DNA of 63,756 bases, filler included, from Choristocarpus tenellus KU-1152 (Eukaryota > Protista > Phaeophyceae): assembly GCA_964200185.2 (NCBI GenBank). It is 8 parts of 8 records of this genome, joined end to end, with 100 filler letters (N's around TTAATTAATTAA, not from the genome) between each part and the next. Parts side by side here need not be neighbours in the genome. Positions count along the whole stretch, not along the records: positions 18,079 to 45,840 come from CAXNAD020000138.1; 7 more parts are not named here. One strand, 5' to 3'. Every line of letters begins with the position of its first letter. Position 1 is the first letter of the stretch. A program made the position numbers and the translations under genes. Under the pieces are notes generated by a model. It saw only the letters and a program-made list of their open reading frames with translations, was not told where the DNA came from and made no database searches. Positions 25,672 through 40,027 of this stretch are shown in pieces.

Positions 25672-25971
25672 TTTTCTTCTGATTATTGAGGAGTCCCAAT
25701 TATTAATGGTAGAAGTGTAGTCAGACAAGAAGGTAATACACATTGCTTGAGCAACACAATACTGTTGTGTGTGTTTATCAAAAGAAAAAGATATGAATAT
25801 CAGTGAAGAAATTGGAGAAAGAAAAAGAGAAAGAGGAAGAAAAAGATTATGGTCTATCAACCAAGGGTCAACCAAGATAGTCTCATGTAGGTATTGAACC
25901 AACTTTGCACTAACAATCAACACTTGAAATAGCATGTCAATAGCAGTGTCGTCACACATCATGATCAGGTC
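25672..25971 (-). CDS. Possible exons of an unknown gene (DLIMMCDDTAIDMLFQVLIVSAKLVQYLHETIL / YCVAQAMCITFLSDY...)
   Basis: Pyrimidine-rich tracts with tag/cag acceptors and GT donors inside the 168-aa ORF. Confidence 0.3.
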
Positions 25972-27149
25972 CTACGAGAAAGAGGGAGAATAGGGGAATA
26001 ATATCTTCAGTGTCACAACAGTTCTAGCCAATCTGAGCATCCCTCATTCATCAAATGTGCATGTGGAGAAGAGAGCACTCTCTTTGTGAATAAGTGGTTA
26101 AGGAGGCTGTTCCCTGCATGAATTTTGCAGGTTTGAACTCCATCAACGCTGGTCTTCATTTCTTCATGGAAATCTAGTTCCTTCTTGTTTTGTACAACTC
26201 CACATAGCAAGCGAAGCAGATTGTACACCACCTGTACCATCCTATCGTCTGTCCCTAGACCCCAAGAAACACCAGAACAAGATCAATGTGGCAACTTCGA
26301 GGTGAGTAAAGGACAATATTTGAGAGAGTTGGAAGAGTGACAAGATGTGGGATTGCTGAATCCAACAGGCAAGAAGTGGTGAGGAAACCACAAAGGTAAC
26401 AGCAGTAGTGCAAACAGTCACAATACAAGAGATAGTAGTGTAGCAAGTAGTATAAAAGTAGTAGATGGTATGCTAAGAAGTGCAGTGTTTGTAGTGTCTC
26501 TGACCAAAGGTCGGGATAGTCCTCAGAAAAAAAAAGTGAGGACAAGCAACGTCAACAACACAGAAGATGAGGGGGAAAAAGAAAGTATGAAGAGTGGAAA
26601 GAAGAGAGGAAAGAAGAGAGGAAAGAAGAAAAAATAAGGGGGATAGAGGGGCACAAAAGATTTCTTTTTTAGGAAAAGAGAAAATGTCAAAGCACCATAT
26701 AGACCAGACACTAATGGTGGTGAGTGTGGATGTGCCCTGATATCTGCTTGGTGGACTCAAGTACCGGTTTAGTGTAGACGTACAACAGGAACAGGTAGGT
26801 AAGGTAGGTAACCGACATTATTGTGTTTGTCATCGTTGAGTAGGGCCCTAAATCGCTTGATAGGGAGGTGCGACATGTCTTTCAAATTATAGAACCATGT
26901 TATTTTGAAGAAACAAAATGTTTCAACTCTATTATCTTTTCTTTTCATCTCATCTAACCATACACATGAAGAGATACACCACTTGTTGAAGAAAACAAGG
27001 AATTATAACATTGAAAAGAAAAAGAATGTACCAAAGCGGTTTTACGAAAGTCTCCGAGATCAACACTACCACATTTTGCATCTACTCTGATTATCCAAGC
27101 TGGATAGCCTATTTCAGTAGAAAGGAAACTAGGGGAGAAGCAAAAGTTA

Positions 27150-28000
27150 GAGGTTCGATATCGAAGTCGATAATATATCCTCCTGATTCGATTGACATCG
27201 CCAAATTGCGAGTTCAAAAACCCGCATTGGTTCCTCCAGAAGTCGTGACCGTAGATGTCAGGAAGCATCACTACACTTGGAGGGAGTGACGTCGGACAGG
27301 GATCTCATAATACAGATATGAAATACGTCGAGGTAATGCGACTTGTCCGGGAGGTACCCAAGGTAAGCTGTATGGTTCTTGCCGATCTCATAGATTCTCA
27401 TTGTATGGGAACCCAACTCTGACGATCGTAGTAAGTAACCTTGGCGATGCTCGCAAAGTACACATTAAGACTTGAGGAGGAAGGGGAGAACGCCACAGTT
27501 TTTGCCCTGAATGGCCGCTAGGCCTGTCACGGATTCGTCTTCCACAAAATAAGCAAAAATATGAACGAAGAAACGTCGTCACCGTTGAGCCTAGGATCCC
27601 ATCCTGTCAAGGTATTTCGAAGTTTGAATTGTATCCACGCGCGAAACTTCGCCTGGTGAATCGTTGGTGCACTTCGATCTAGGAGGAGAGTATATGCCTT
27701 CGATTCTGGACAGCATGACCGGTCCAGGCATCGGTCTATTAATCGCGACTGCCTGCTTGTCTCACGATTGCACCTCTCGTTGACTTGCCCTCAATCCTCT
27801 TTGCGCCTTTACGAACAGATCATCCTAACGAGCCCTTTCCCGCAACCTCCATATCTACTCCATGTAGACATCTCTATACGACCATGTCCTAGCAACGAGG
27901 ATGGAAAGGCTGCTTGTATCCAAGAGAATCGGTGCAAGTGACCAAATCTTTCAGGAACATGGAATCAGCTTAATTGAAACCCTCAATGAGTTCACAAGGT
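27150..28000 (-). mobile_element. Ty3/gypsy integrase relic
   Basis: In order: VPKDLVTCTD, *TDAWTGHAVQNRRHIL (QTDGQTER-like), LPDKSHYLDVFHI (GPY/F region); many stops and frameshifts. Confidence 0.5.
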
Positions 28001-30418
28001 TTGTCATATTCCCTTTCCGCCACCCGGCGTAGAGAGACACGTGACAAGAAGATACTTGCCCACCCTCCCTCTCTAGACTAAATCACACCACTGCAGGATG
28101 ACCATCATCACTCATAGCTTGCTCTTGTCCTCCAACTCTCTTCCTTTCCTTCGCATCAAAACTCCTTCTAGACCGGGTACATGCCAGTTTACGTCAATGG
28201 CTCACCAGCTCCTTGGGGGTCATGTGCACCATGGGTTCAGGCCAGACATTGAACTCAGGTAGCAAATAGTGTCCACTGTGTGAGTATTAAGACTCTAGGA
28301 GAGGGAATATGCAGGATGTGGAATTGCCCTGTCAGAAATAGAAAGGAATGATATGATTGGAAAGATCTGAGGGGAGTAGAAGAGCTTGGCTTTGTACTCT
28401 TGGCTCACACTTCAACAATGGCACTTTGAGCTATGTTGATCCAATGGAATGGCCATGACAAGATGCTAAGAGGTTAAACTCTTGCAGAAGTTGTGTCGTT
28501 GACTGTTATTTAGAGGAATTCTATGTGGACAAACCAATGAATTGAGGAAAAAACAATAGCACGTTATCACACATCAGAAAGTACTCCATCTTTCCAAGAT
28601 ATATTATGTGTGGATTAATTGTGCTAAGGTGGCTAACAATGGCTGGGGAAGAGGATACTCTTCAAGGGTAAAAAATGTTAAGTACCTCAAAACCAACACG
28701 AGTTTTAACCCATTTGGAAGGATAATGGCGGGTGAATGATGTCAGAGTATGTATCCACAGATGTTAGAACAACGAAAGTGGTGAGCATAAAGTATGGTAT
28801 GCAATATTTTCCAGGGAGTCTCTAACCTACCAACATAGACAACGCATTGCCACTCTGTCTTGTATCTTCATAGAGTTGCCCCTCTAGTAGTTCCCTAAAA
28901 CTACTCAGTTGATAGCGTTTCTGAAATCACGATACTACGGTACCTTTGTCAACCTTGTTACTCCTTGCACAGGAAACTTGCAGTTTCTCATATCCAAAAT
29001 AATGGCGAGGCCTTCCAAGCTTTCCTCGGAAACTGCAATGCTCGAACCAGAGCCCAAAAGAAGGTAGGCATCCCATCGCTACTTGAAGCACTTCACTGTC
29101 CCGTATCAATCTATACTTTCTTGTGACCTTCAAGGAGGGAGGACAGGTAGACTGCAGTGTTAGCTGATGGGTGATAGGTTGTTTTCTACAAAGATAAAGT
29201 TATCGATTGTCAAGGCCTAGGAGGAAGGAAGGGGTGGTAGCTTGAGTATTGATCTGTCTGGGATCCCAGAAATGTTGGATGATGTCTGGTTATGGATGGC
29301 AGTCACTTGTGTGACTGACCAGGAGCTTTCAACTCTATCACAGACAAATATACATGTAAAACATAATAATGCCTGTGCACTATGGTTACCACCAGTAACC
29401 ACCAGTTAAAAAAGAGAAAAAAAAAATAGTTTGTCAATTAAATCTTCTGTAAAGTGAAGATAGAATTTTACACATCTGATATACTCCCAGTACCTTGGAA
29501 TAACTATATCTCTCCCTAGTTTGCACTGAATCCACAAACAAAGACAATTCGTACCTCCCCCAGCCCTAAGCACAGGCTCTTCCTTATCAATTGGTGTGTT
29601 ACTACTTCTTCAATCTTCACTACCTCACAGAACTTATTCCACCCCTAAAGGACAAGCTGTGCCTCCTAGCAAGATGGAGGGAATGAATACCATCCCCCAC
29701 TAATGTTCAATTCAAAAATATTTTACAGAGGTCTTACCAGTTACCACAACCCAGTCAGTTGTACAGCCTCATTCCTGCAGGTATTTGAATTCCTTAATTT
29801 CCTCTTCCCATTGTTCCTAATGTATATATACCTCGCACTTGCATTCAAAAAATATATAAAATATAAAAATGTGATTTGAACCTTGTCATGCCAGTTCAAA
29901 TCGCATCTTTTACAAAGGGGTACCCTTCCACCTCCAACAATATGAGCTGCAGGGGTAAAAAAAAAATAAAGCGAGGGATGATCGCATCGTCAACCAACCC
30001 AGTCATCGGTCAAAACATATACAATTGCCCCCATTGAATAACACGATCATGCGCGGACATAAATGTGCAATCACCAGGAGTTACTAAGCCTTACTCACCA
30101 ATTGAGCCGTCTCACCAATTGTGCCGTCTTCTCACTCAGTCATTAACATTGATAATCTTCACCCCCTGCTTGTCAACAAGAAAGCCTTTCACATCCCTGT
30201 CCCATCATACTTTGAATATTCAAACTTGAAAGTGCTTCCAATTCCTGACTAACTAATTCTTCATGTCTGTTCCCGTCTCATATAACTCTGCATTCTTCTC
30301 ACTCTTCACAGATACAATATATTCCACATGTCCCTCCTTGACCCCTAAGCTCTGTCCATACAAAACACTCACACCCTGTCTCTCCTACATGTCTACACCC
30401 CGCTATTAAAGTAGTGCT

Positions 30419-30472
30419 ACTCACTCAGTCACTCAGTCACTCACTCACTCACTCACTCACTCACTCACTCAC
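30419..30472. repeat. (TCAC)n microsatellite
   Basis: Direct reading. Confidence 0.95.
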
Positions 30473-30803
30473 CTCTCATCACTCCCCAACGTTTAGGTTG
30501 GTGGGACATCAACTACCATCCCTGATTTCGTGAAGAGGATGAGCTGTATCTCCACAGACGGCAATCATCTTACCCTGCAAGCACTCGCAAGCATTTTTAA
30601 TGTAAGGGACTGGGATGGAGGATATCAGAAAGAGGGGTAGAGGCTGATACACCAGAAGGCAGAATAGGTGGATTGTATACTTGCAACACCTCACCACGTA
30701 GTGATCCACACACACATAGTACACAAATTCTGAACCAAACACGATTGAGTGGATAACAGTTGAGTAAGAATATGTATTCCAAGCACAGTTATGGATGGCA
30801 AAC

Positions 30804-31062
30804 GAGCCAAAGTATCTTAGAGGGTAGAGCCGCGTCCATTTGGGGGTAATAATCCAATGTTGCAATTTTGATGTAATATTGGGCATAGTGTTTGTTAGGA
30901 AGTGTCAACATCCATGTTGTGGTCACGCCTTTTCATATCGTATACATTTTACCTACTCTGAAACATTTTGGAGTAGGAAAACGTCATAAAAAAATCTATG
31001 GGAAGCCAAGCCCCAAATGGACAAACAGGGCAAAGCTCGTACCCTCTAAGATACTTTGGATT
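30804..31062. mobile_element. MITE family B, complete
   Basis: GAGCCAAAGTATCTTAGAGGGTA...TACCCTCTAAGATACTTTGG. Confidence 0.9.
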
Positions 31063-32819
31063 TAAAAAAGATAATTTAACTCAAACGACAGTGTATTGTG
31101 CTGCTTACAGAGTACTCCACCTTGTCGTTGCACATGGAAATTCACTTCTACTATTTCACGACCTTTCTCGTTTTCTTCTCCTACCTTTTCAGCAGTTTTT
31201 GTCTCCTCGATCGGCTATTTCCTTTTGTGCGGTTTGTTGACGACCCTGAGCATTTGTTCTACTCTTTATGACCGTTTTTCCATTTTTCCCTCCACAGTCA
31301 CTCCCTTTGAAAATAAAAAATTATAACTTATGGTCACGTTTTGACACCGTTTTCTTCTATCTGTTTTGTTCGACCACCGACTTTGACTCAACTGTTTTCC
31401 GAGGCAAATTTAGGATCGTACTACATGCTTCCAAAGCGTTTTGGCATTATGCGAGCCTGTTTCTGTTTATGTCAACTTCCCTGATCTTTTTGGCTTCCAC
31501 CCTAGATATCTCTCTACCCATTTGTGGCCCATCCATGTGGATCAATCTATGTAATTCCAGACCTTGATATATTACTCAAACGACAAAAGCCTTCACTATT
31601 CCAACTTAGTCCAATGTTTGCACTCAATAATAATAATTTGCTCAGTGGTCTGAGATGTCATGCTGTTGAAGTATGTATTGTACGTGATCACGTTTTGCCC
31701 AATATATATGCCTCTTCTTGTACGATGTAAGTCTACATCAAGTTCGTATGCTACTGATCAATCTGGGTTAATATATGTTAGCCTTTCCTGTGAGACCAAT
31801 AACAGTTGTGATGTGGTGTGCCCTAAAAGTAGGAGTAGAACAAACCATATTATTCTTCAAGGCAGGAATCAGGGAGGTATCACATTTTGGTGCCTTTGCA
31901 CTGTGGTGCACTATATGTCAGCACTTTGAGTTGGATAGTAATGTGGAAGAAATGGTACATGACTGTCTGACTCACAGAAAAAGATAAGGATGAGAAATAG
32001 GGCTGTCCCATATTACGTGAATGGCATGATCATTGTGTACCTCTTAATCACATCTACTTGCAAGAGTATCTGCTCGAAGTAGGAGGTAATGTGTATTGAT
32101 TGTTTTCCCTGGTCTGAACTATACCAGGCACAGGGCTGAATCAACCATGAATAAATGCAGCTCCTTAAACGACCCCTTTCTCCTTGTGTCAATTGTATGA
32201 AAGACGACAATTGGGGTGGTCTCGACCGGGGAGAAGCGTGAAACAACGGTAAGGATAATCAATCCTAACCCATGCACAAACCGGAGGGTTGAAGCAGATG
32301 AGGACAAGTTACCTGATTTGAGAGGCAGGGTCTTTTGGCTTCGGAACAATAGGTCTCACTATTGGAGTCTGGGCCTTTCATCTGCTGCAACACATGAAGA
32401 GGTACAAGTGAAATAGGCTTAGGGCCAAATATACAACTAGTTGTTTGGGGCAAACTCATTGAAGTGTGCGCAGTATAGCACATGGTGTGGTAATGTTCTA
32501 CATTGGCACACTCACTCAAGACTCATGCCATAACATGGATATTTTACTCTATCCTCTTCTAGTTTCCTCAGCAATTCCGTATGCTATATGCTGGTAGTGT
32601 ACCTAAACCCTTGGTCTTTGCAAGAAAAGTGCAATTTGTTGCCATTATTGTTGAGTTGTCCTATTATCATAATGGCTCGTAGCACTTTGAAGCACACCAT
32701 GTACTACTCTTGGGTACTTCCTACTAGGTTAGTCAAGCAGCATGCTGCAGATTCTACCATAAAGGCACAGGTGATTCCGCTCAACTGGGTTCTCCTTCCA
32801 TGTTGCTCTTCATTTGGTT

Positions 32820-33077
32820 GAGTCAAAGTAAATGAGAGATGCCCAGTTTTTGGCCGTTTCCAATATATAACCAGTTTATCGCGTTTGTTATGATTTACCA
32901 ATATATTATGAATGAAGATGAATATTTGATTTGAGAAGGTTGATTTCTCTATTTTTTTGGAACTCTTCGACACAATGTGGAAAACATTCTACAGGCATTT
33001 GTAAAATATGCTAAATTTCGCACGTATTTGAACGCATCCTTAAAATGAACTATCGATACCTCTCGTTTGTTTGACTC
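32820..33077. mobile_element. MITE family D (258 bp)
   Basis: GAGTCAAAGTAAATGAGAGATGCCCAG...TACCTCTCGTTTGTTTGACTC; diverged reverse complement of 10584-10850. Confidence 0.78.
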
Positions 33078-33543
33078 GGTGTGTTCTCAGTTGGCGACTA
33101 TATTTATGAGGTCCCGTCTTGTGCAACACGGACATACTTCAAAGTATTGATCGTCGGATAATCTTTCAATAAGGGTCTGTGAAGGTTCTGTCTTCCGATA
33201 TATATATTTTGTTTTTTTGCAGGGTGCATCAAACTCGGCCACTGTTTAAAAATGTTGGAATCTCTTCTACAGCAAAATATCAATAAATTCATTGTCCAAA
33301 ATATGTGAATAGTGTTCTTGGTTACTCCTAAATGTAATGTTGTGTAAGGTCAGTCTTGAGGTTGTGGTATAGTGGAACTTGAATAACAGAGTATTTATTA
33401 CAGGTATTTTGAACATGCACACTCTGGACAGCTACATGCCATCACCACCCAATCCGCACCCTCCTCCTTCCTTCTCTTTATACCTCTGTATCCCCATTGT
33501 CCTGGTGGAAGCTTACCGAGGCAGAGAAAACCATGCTCAGCAG

Positions 33544-34617
33544 ATCTCAGCACCCCCCTCGTGATGTCCTTCCCACCATCAATGATGAGAGCATGGGGGG
33601 AACAAGTGAAGGGAATATCGAATCAGGGATAACCACTTGTGCACTTGAAGGTGCAGGCATTGGAGGAGACTTGGGGGCAACTGGAGCAGTGAAGATGAGC
33701 AAAAACGTTGAACAGGAAGAGGTGGTGTCATCACACACCTCCACCAAGCCAACGGAACCATGTAAGGCTAGGGTCAGGGCGAAGGAGAGGGTTAAAAAGG
33801 AGATCCTCGACAACGCACTAGCAAGGCGGGAAGCCCGAGTATGCCAGTTTAAGGACAGGCAGAGGAGGGTTAGGGACATGATCAAATGCACAATCCGGGA
33901 GAAGACCAGCAGAGTGAATCCAGTTATCCTTCCCGAGGGAGCATGTGCCTGGAAAGGTGCAGGGGCAGAGGGGGGGACGGCCACAGAGAACAGAGCCAAG
34001 GCGGCCAACCCCTTCCAGGGTGAAGGTCTAGCTTCAATGACAACAGGCTTGAATGGGACAGAAAGGCCAATGACAAATGGTGGTGGAGTAGGAAACAGTG
34101 AAGGTGAGATCTGATTCAAAGGGGGAAGACTCAGTAGCAGTAGTGACTAGGGCAGGGGTGGTGTGGAGAGGTTGGCATGGAGATGTGTGGAGGTGTGTCG
34201 ATGAGGGCATTCTGACTGTGGCATGTAAACAAACAATATCGAGATAGGAGATGGCAGTTTGATATGGCTACATTGGCAACCTTCTCATGAGCTATACCTC
34301 CAAACTCCTTTGGGAGGAATATGCCTTTTACATTATTGATGATATTTATGGTACATTTTCTGATCTAAGCATCTATTCACACCGACTGACCCTTCTCCAC
34401 TCTGTATCACACTCTTAACCCATTACCATCACCCACGGTAATGGCCATTTACAGATCATCTTGGAGCAACTGGTTTGAGAATGGATGAAGATGAAGATGA
34501 GGTTGTAGTTGGAACCTGGTCATGGACTAAGACATTGCAACCAAGAACTAACCGAGCCGAACGGAAAGATCCAATACAGCAAACTATCCATGGGGCAGTG
34601 TCAGCTGTCTTAGGAAG
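33544..34617 (+). CDS. Two phase-compatible exons (33544-34103, 34455-34617) of an unknown gene with a basic coiled-coil segment; possible last exon near 35200-35485
   Basis: 205-aa ORF ends at gaag|gtgaga; downstream ttacag| exon reads in matching phase (DHLGATGLRMDEDEDEVVVGTWSW...); no family recognised. Confidence 0.5.
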
Positions 34618-35939
34618 GTGGCAGGTGCGATTGACATAATAAACAAGAAGGTGGACGTTTATTGCAGGGTCTCTTTCTGGATAACTCCAGTTGCCAAGAC
34701 TACGCCCACACCAATTGAACATAACGACAAAAATGACACTGCCCGTGAATTTGGTCATGATATATTGAGATATTTACCAATGGATTCACGTATGAAATTT
34801 GAAATTGTGGCGTAGAGTTGGGTTGAACAAAAATTCACGAGAGTGCATTTCTTTATTTTTTTCTCAAAGATTGTGTTGCTGAATTTCTTGGAACTTATTA
34901 ATCTTCTACCAATAGTATAGGGAAATATAGTGTGTAGGGTTCTGGGTACCAAAAAAATAGTGTGTAAGGGGTATTTCGAGTTTTGAAGGGGAGAAAAAAC
35001 AAGCAAAACGTCGTAAGAAACCTCATGAACCACGATGAAATCACTTTGATGAACTATGTTCTATCATTCAACAGCTTTGCACAGACGTGGGAAATGACTG
35101 TGCCCATCGACCTGCAGTTGAGTCCATACACTCACAATCCCATCCCCACCCTAACCCAAACACACATTTGAATGCTTGTCTCTTCTGGGATCACGTGAAG
35201 GTCGTGGAGGAGATGGGCTTGTCTCAGAAATCTAGGGTGATGTCATCATCTCCGCAGCCCCCTACCCAGTACAATCAATCGTTTAAGATACTGGATGGCG
35301 GTGTCTATTGCTGCGGATGGGAACAACAAGAGTGGTCGCCAAGCTGTGCTGCTACTGTCCATGGCAATTACCGCAGTGACAGAAGTGATGGAAGTAGGGG
35401 TAGGCTTGGAGATATTTGTGTGGATAGTAGGCAGTGGAGTTCTAGTGATGAAAGTCAAAATTGGAGTGGCATTCACAACTACTAGTAGTTCTAGAGGATT
35501 GAGCCATAGGGTCCACTGCCGGAAAGGGGGGACAAGGAGAACCAAAAGACGAGGCATGACTTACATATGAAGTACAACGGATAATACTTTGATTGGTCAC
35601 TTGTCACGGGGCACGAAAGGGTTTATGGAAAGGGGTAGATGGGAAAAAATGGGGGAAATATGATGATAGCTTGATAGTATGTCATTCAGTGGGAAGAAGG
35701 CATAGTATATTTTTCTGGTGGGGGACAAAGTCAAATCGGCTTGCTCCAACAAAAGGTCCTTGCCATGTGCAAAGAGGAAATGTTGTGGTTTCGTGTCTTT
35801 AAATATGCTGTGTAGTCTTACTAGCGAATGAAAGATGGTATTTAGAATCATTTTCTGTAGGTGATGCACAATAGGTTTATTAAGTAACGGGTCTACAAGG
35901 TGCCTTGTTGTTCCCTATGCATGTGGCGATATGCTAGAG

Positions 35940-36200
35940 AGATGTGAAGTGGGAAAACAGGTTTGTAGTCACATTTGTTTGGTCCAATTAGGCAGCGATT
36001 GGAACTTATTGGAGGCTCAGGGGTTGTAATCTGAGACCCTGGGCCACCATGGGTAATAAGTGGAGTTGAGCAGGTACAACGATACCTGTATCTTGGGATG
36101 GAAGTGAGAGATGACGGTGTCTTTCCTGCACTATACGAGTCACCAGAAATGAGGTAGTCACAGATTCCATATGGCTGCCACTGTATTTTGAAGGTGGAAA
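35940..36200 (+). mobile_element. Possible LINE reverse transcriptase relic
   Basis: VISGVEQVQRYLYLGMEVRDDG resembles the RT C-terminal V-x2-Y-x-YLG motif. Confidence 0.35.
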
Positions 36201-38517
36201 TGTAGGGATAGAGCAGACCAAGAAGGTTGCACCCCGCAGTTATATGTATATATATTGTGCTGCTGTGTTCTGTCCCTCTAGGGATAATACATGAGGGTTG
36301 GACTACTTGTACGGTGCTTATCGCTAAGAGATACAGTGCGTATGAGAATGCTGACGATTGATTTAGAGTTTTTCTGCCTGTGCTCTGCTCCTCAATATTT
36401 CTCTTTGCCAGACTGGGGGCAGGATTCTTCTCCAAGAAGCACATGTTAACATTGCTTGGTATGAAGCAAATGGATAGAACCTCATCACCCTAGGATGGCG
36501 ATATTATGCTTCGAAACATGTTTAACTTCTTAATTGTTTCATTTATACCTGTGTGTCTCCATCGCTTCATTGTCGATCTGGGAGCAGTGTTGTTGTACTG
36601 ATAGTAGGATATTATGAATGGTGATGTCTTTTCAATCGAGTGATTGTTGTTTGGTGGTGATTCTCCATGCACCATCTTTCTACATGAGCTGGTGTGAAAA
36701 GTGACTCTTGACATATATTAAGTTGCTATCATACTAATATATAGAAAACTGAAGCTCAACCACACTGGCGTGCTGTTGTCCTAGTTAAAGGGTGAACAAC
36801 AATTCTTGTGTACACCTCCTCCTCACTCCATCATGAACTGGAGTTCCAGGTATGTATACGAATTCCTGTGTACTGGTGCGTGTGTTGTTTGTTTTTTAAT
36901 GATGCATGGAGGGTAAATTTTCTTGGATAAGTCGCAGTTGACCGGTACGGCAGAAAGTGTCAATGGCAATACCATGGGTTGGGCAGAGATGCTGCATAGT
37001 AACATGAGACAACCACGAAAAATTGCATTTGTAGTAGTTGTCAGGGGTGATAGTGACTCACTCCTTCATCGAACAACAGAGACTTACCAGAAACCATTTG
37101 GTTTGTTGTCTACAAAGTATTGTTCTTGTGATGGAATTTGTGATGGTGATGGTGAAGTTGTGTGCCCTAACAAGACTCTGGCCACCCCTCCAACTATTCG
37201 GAATACGATTATTATCAAGTCATTGTGTACCCAATAAGTATGGCCTTGCATAAACGACAACGATACCCTTAGAATATAGTAGTTGTATAGTTTGTACTTT
37301 AAGCCATACATATATTATCACAGCTTTGTTGGGTATAAGCAGTTTGAGCCTTCTTGTTGTGTTTGTTGTGTTCTTTCTCCCACCTGACAATTTGTTCATG
37401 CTATCCGAGGGCATAAAGTATCATTAAAGGTTAAATCAATAATGTTCAGGACACGACACTATGAACGAACGTTGTGTTTAGCACTATAATGTATTTAATG
37501 ACTTTACAACAAAGTACAGTAACACGCTGTGACCAGTAAGACTAAAAATACCACAGTACACAACAATGGCAAGTGTTACGTCTGTATCACTCGATCGACT
37601 CGAAAACGTTACATTTGAGTAGATGTATGTGTCTTGCCTGTAACAACTCAGTCCAAAGCAGACAAATGGTAGCACTTGAGTATGCAAAAACATACACGGA
37701 GTGTATGTTTTAACACTAACTTCTTGTTTCACTGTTCAGGCTGGGAAACGTTGTTGAGTTCCCCATGCTAGCACACCATAGGGCACGCACAAAAACGGAT
37801 GGGAATCATCATGCGGTGGTCTCTTCTTTGTCACAATCACCGCTCAACAACAGTGGTCCGCTCTTGGTCTACTTCAGAAAAAGAAAATCTTGTGCATCCC
37901 TCAGGTATATTTTCCTCCCACTCTGCCCTGCTTAGTGCGCTCATAGGTCTTTCGTACTTTAAAGCAAACAAGGAATGGGCAACTCTCGCATGAGAAAAGC
38001 AAAATAGCAAGACAGGATAAAATGTCTAAATTTGCAAAAGGAAAGAAAAGATTCCTCTACCTCAACAACATAAATTCGATCCTCGAAAATGTAAGTGAAC
38101 CTGAGTGAGATTACAACAAGGGGGTGAGTTAACCCTCTCTTATCAGAGTGTGGATACAACCTCGTAAGAGTGTGATAACTTGAAATTCCATGAACCCTAC
38201 CTAGTCGAGCTAATGGACACACGGAGTGGGGGATGTGGCATATTGGAGTTCAATGATCAGCAAGTGATATAAATAGGTTGGACTCCGATGTTATGTATCT
38301 CCTCGTCCTCCCGCATAGCATCTGCTCGAAGGCGGATGCATAACAGACTGCCCAGGATGCCAAGAAGGCCTCAGGTGCTTATTAGAAGATTAAAGGAATC
38401 TAGCCACACCTTGCATCAAAATTGTGTGGGGGACCATGCAGCAAGTGTACCCGTAATGTTTGGCATTCTGCTATATTGCATTGGTTTCCTAATATATGTG
38501 TAGGGATGAATTCGTCT

Positions 38518-38697
38518 GGCTAAAAGTATCTGGGGGGGGTGGCGGCTGTCTATTTGGGGCTAATTTTATCATGTCGCAATTTTGGGTGATTTGGTTGTAT
38601 GGGTCGGATGGATATTTGTAAGTGCACTTCTCCTGGTTTTGGTACAAATAGACACTTTGGTGTAGCCGCTCCCCCACCCCCCAAGATACTTTGGGTC
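38518..38697. mobile_element. MITE family A, complete (180 bp), TSD TCT
   Basis: GGCTAAAAGTATCT...AGATACTTTGGGTC flanked by tct/tct. Confidence 0.9.
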
Positions 38698-39053
38698 TCT
38701 TCTTAGAAACTAGTGCAGTGTGTTTGAATACGTGCTACTACACTATACGATGAATGGCTTGCCCAAGTTGACCCTCCTCCACTTGACCCACTTAGTTGAG
38801 AAATCGGTGGGCCAGCAACAAATAGAATTGATTAGGAAAAGTTGGAAAATGGTGGGGGTGGTTCCGTGAGTACTGGGGGGTAATCCAGTCATGGGCTCCA
38901 AAAATAATTACCCGGTCGGACCAATTATTGCTAATAGTACATGGAAGGAACAGTGGGTGGCTCCCTCAATAGGGTGGGGGACGGTTCCTCGAGTGGGGGT
39001 GGTTCACTCGTACATGGAAAGGACTACAAGAACATTGGTTGGCGAAAAATGGA

Positions 39054-39567
39054 TAAACCCACCATTAAAGTCCAGAAGATCTTGGAAATGCCTCTTCCTC
39101 GGGTACGCCAGTGATGATGAGGTTGAAGATATGTTGTAAGATTTTTCTATGGACGTTTTAACTTGGAAGAACCCCCACTTCCTTTCTTGTTCAAGTGCGG
39201 GAAAGAGAAGCAAAATATATCAACCATGTCAAATCCCTTATTGGAAGCACAGATTAGTGTCCATGAATACGGGAACGAGCCAAACCAATCGAGAGGTTAG
39301 GCAGGGTTGCACTTGATGGATCATGAGAAAGGGCAAATGACTCCATTTTGTGCGATTGTAGAAAGAGCCTTTGCTTAATTTTGGTGTCGCTTGTTTGTGG
39401 AAAGGGGGAATATCAATTTTGCGTACACTATGGTGCTCATGAAGCTATGAAATAGAGTATAGTGTGCCGAGTAAGAAGGATGGCTTAGAATGAGAAAGGT
39501 TACAAACCTGCCTACCTCTCGATTGATTTGGCTCAAACCTCATTGTGTTACCAACAACCCTTGGAGC
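39054..39567 (+). repeat. Dispersed direct repeat, copy 2 (paralog 20697-21096), containing MITE C
   Basis: Collinear high identity on both sides of the MITE. Confidence 0.9.
39277..39534. mobile_element. MITE family C, complete (258 bp)
   Basis: GAGCCAAACCAATCGAGAGGTTAGGCAGG...CCTGCCTACCTCTCGATTGATTTGGCTC. Confidence 0.9.
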
Positions 39568-39769
39568 ATGAGTGGGATTTGTTTAGCATATAAAGAGGGC
39601 TGTCGATTAGGGTGTGTTTTCCCACTGTTGGATAAAGAATCGAAAAAAAAGAATATTGGCTGTTGCGAGGTTGTTTTTTTCGTTTATTTGCTTGCATGAG
39701 CCGTGTCTGGTGTGTACACAAAGAGGACTCTCAGTTTGGGCCTGTTCTCCCGGTGTGTGCACGAGGAAC

Positions 39770-40027
39770 GAGCCAAAGTATCTTAGAGGATAGAGCCGCG
39801 TCCAAATGGGGTCCAACATCCATTGTTGTGATTTTGATGTAATTTTGGCTATCATATTTGTTAGGAAGTGTAAATATCCTTGTTCCGGACACACCTTTTC
39901 ATAATGTATACATTTTACCTACTCCGAAATATTTTGGAGTAGGAAAATGTCATAAAGACCCTGAGGGAAGCCAAGCACCAAAGGGACAAACAGGGCAAAA
40001 TTCGTACCCTCCAAGATATTTCCACTC
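39770..40027. mobile_element. MITE family B, complete
   Basis: GAGCCAAAGTATCTTAGAGGATA...TACCCTCCAAGATATTTCCACTC. Confidence 0.9.

Noticed and set aside
33547-34119. 190-aa minus-strand ORF
   Set aside because: Antisense shadow of the plus-strand exon, which has splice sites and a phase-compatible next exon.
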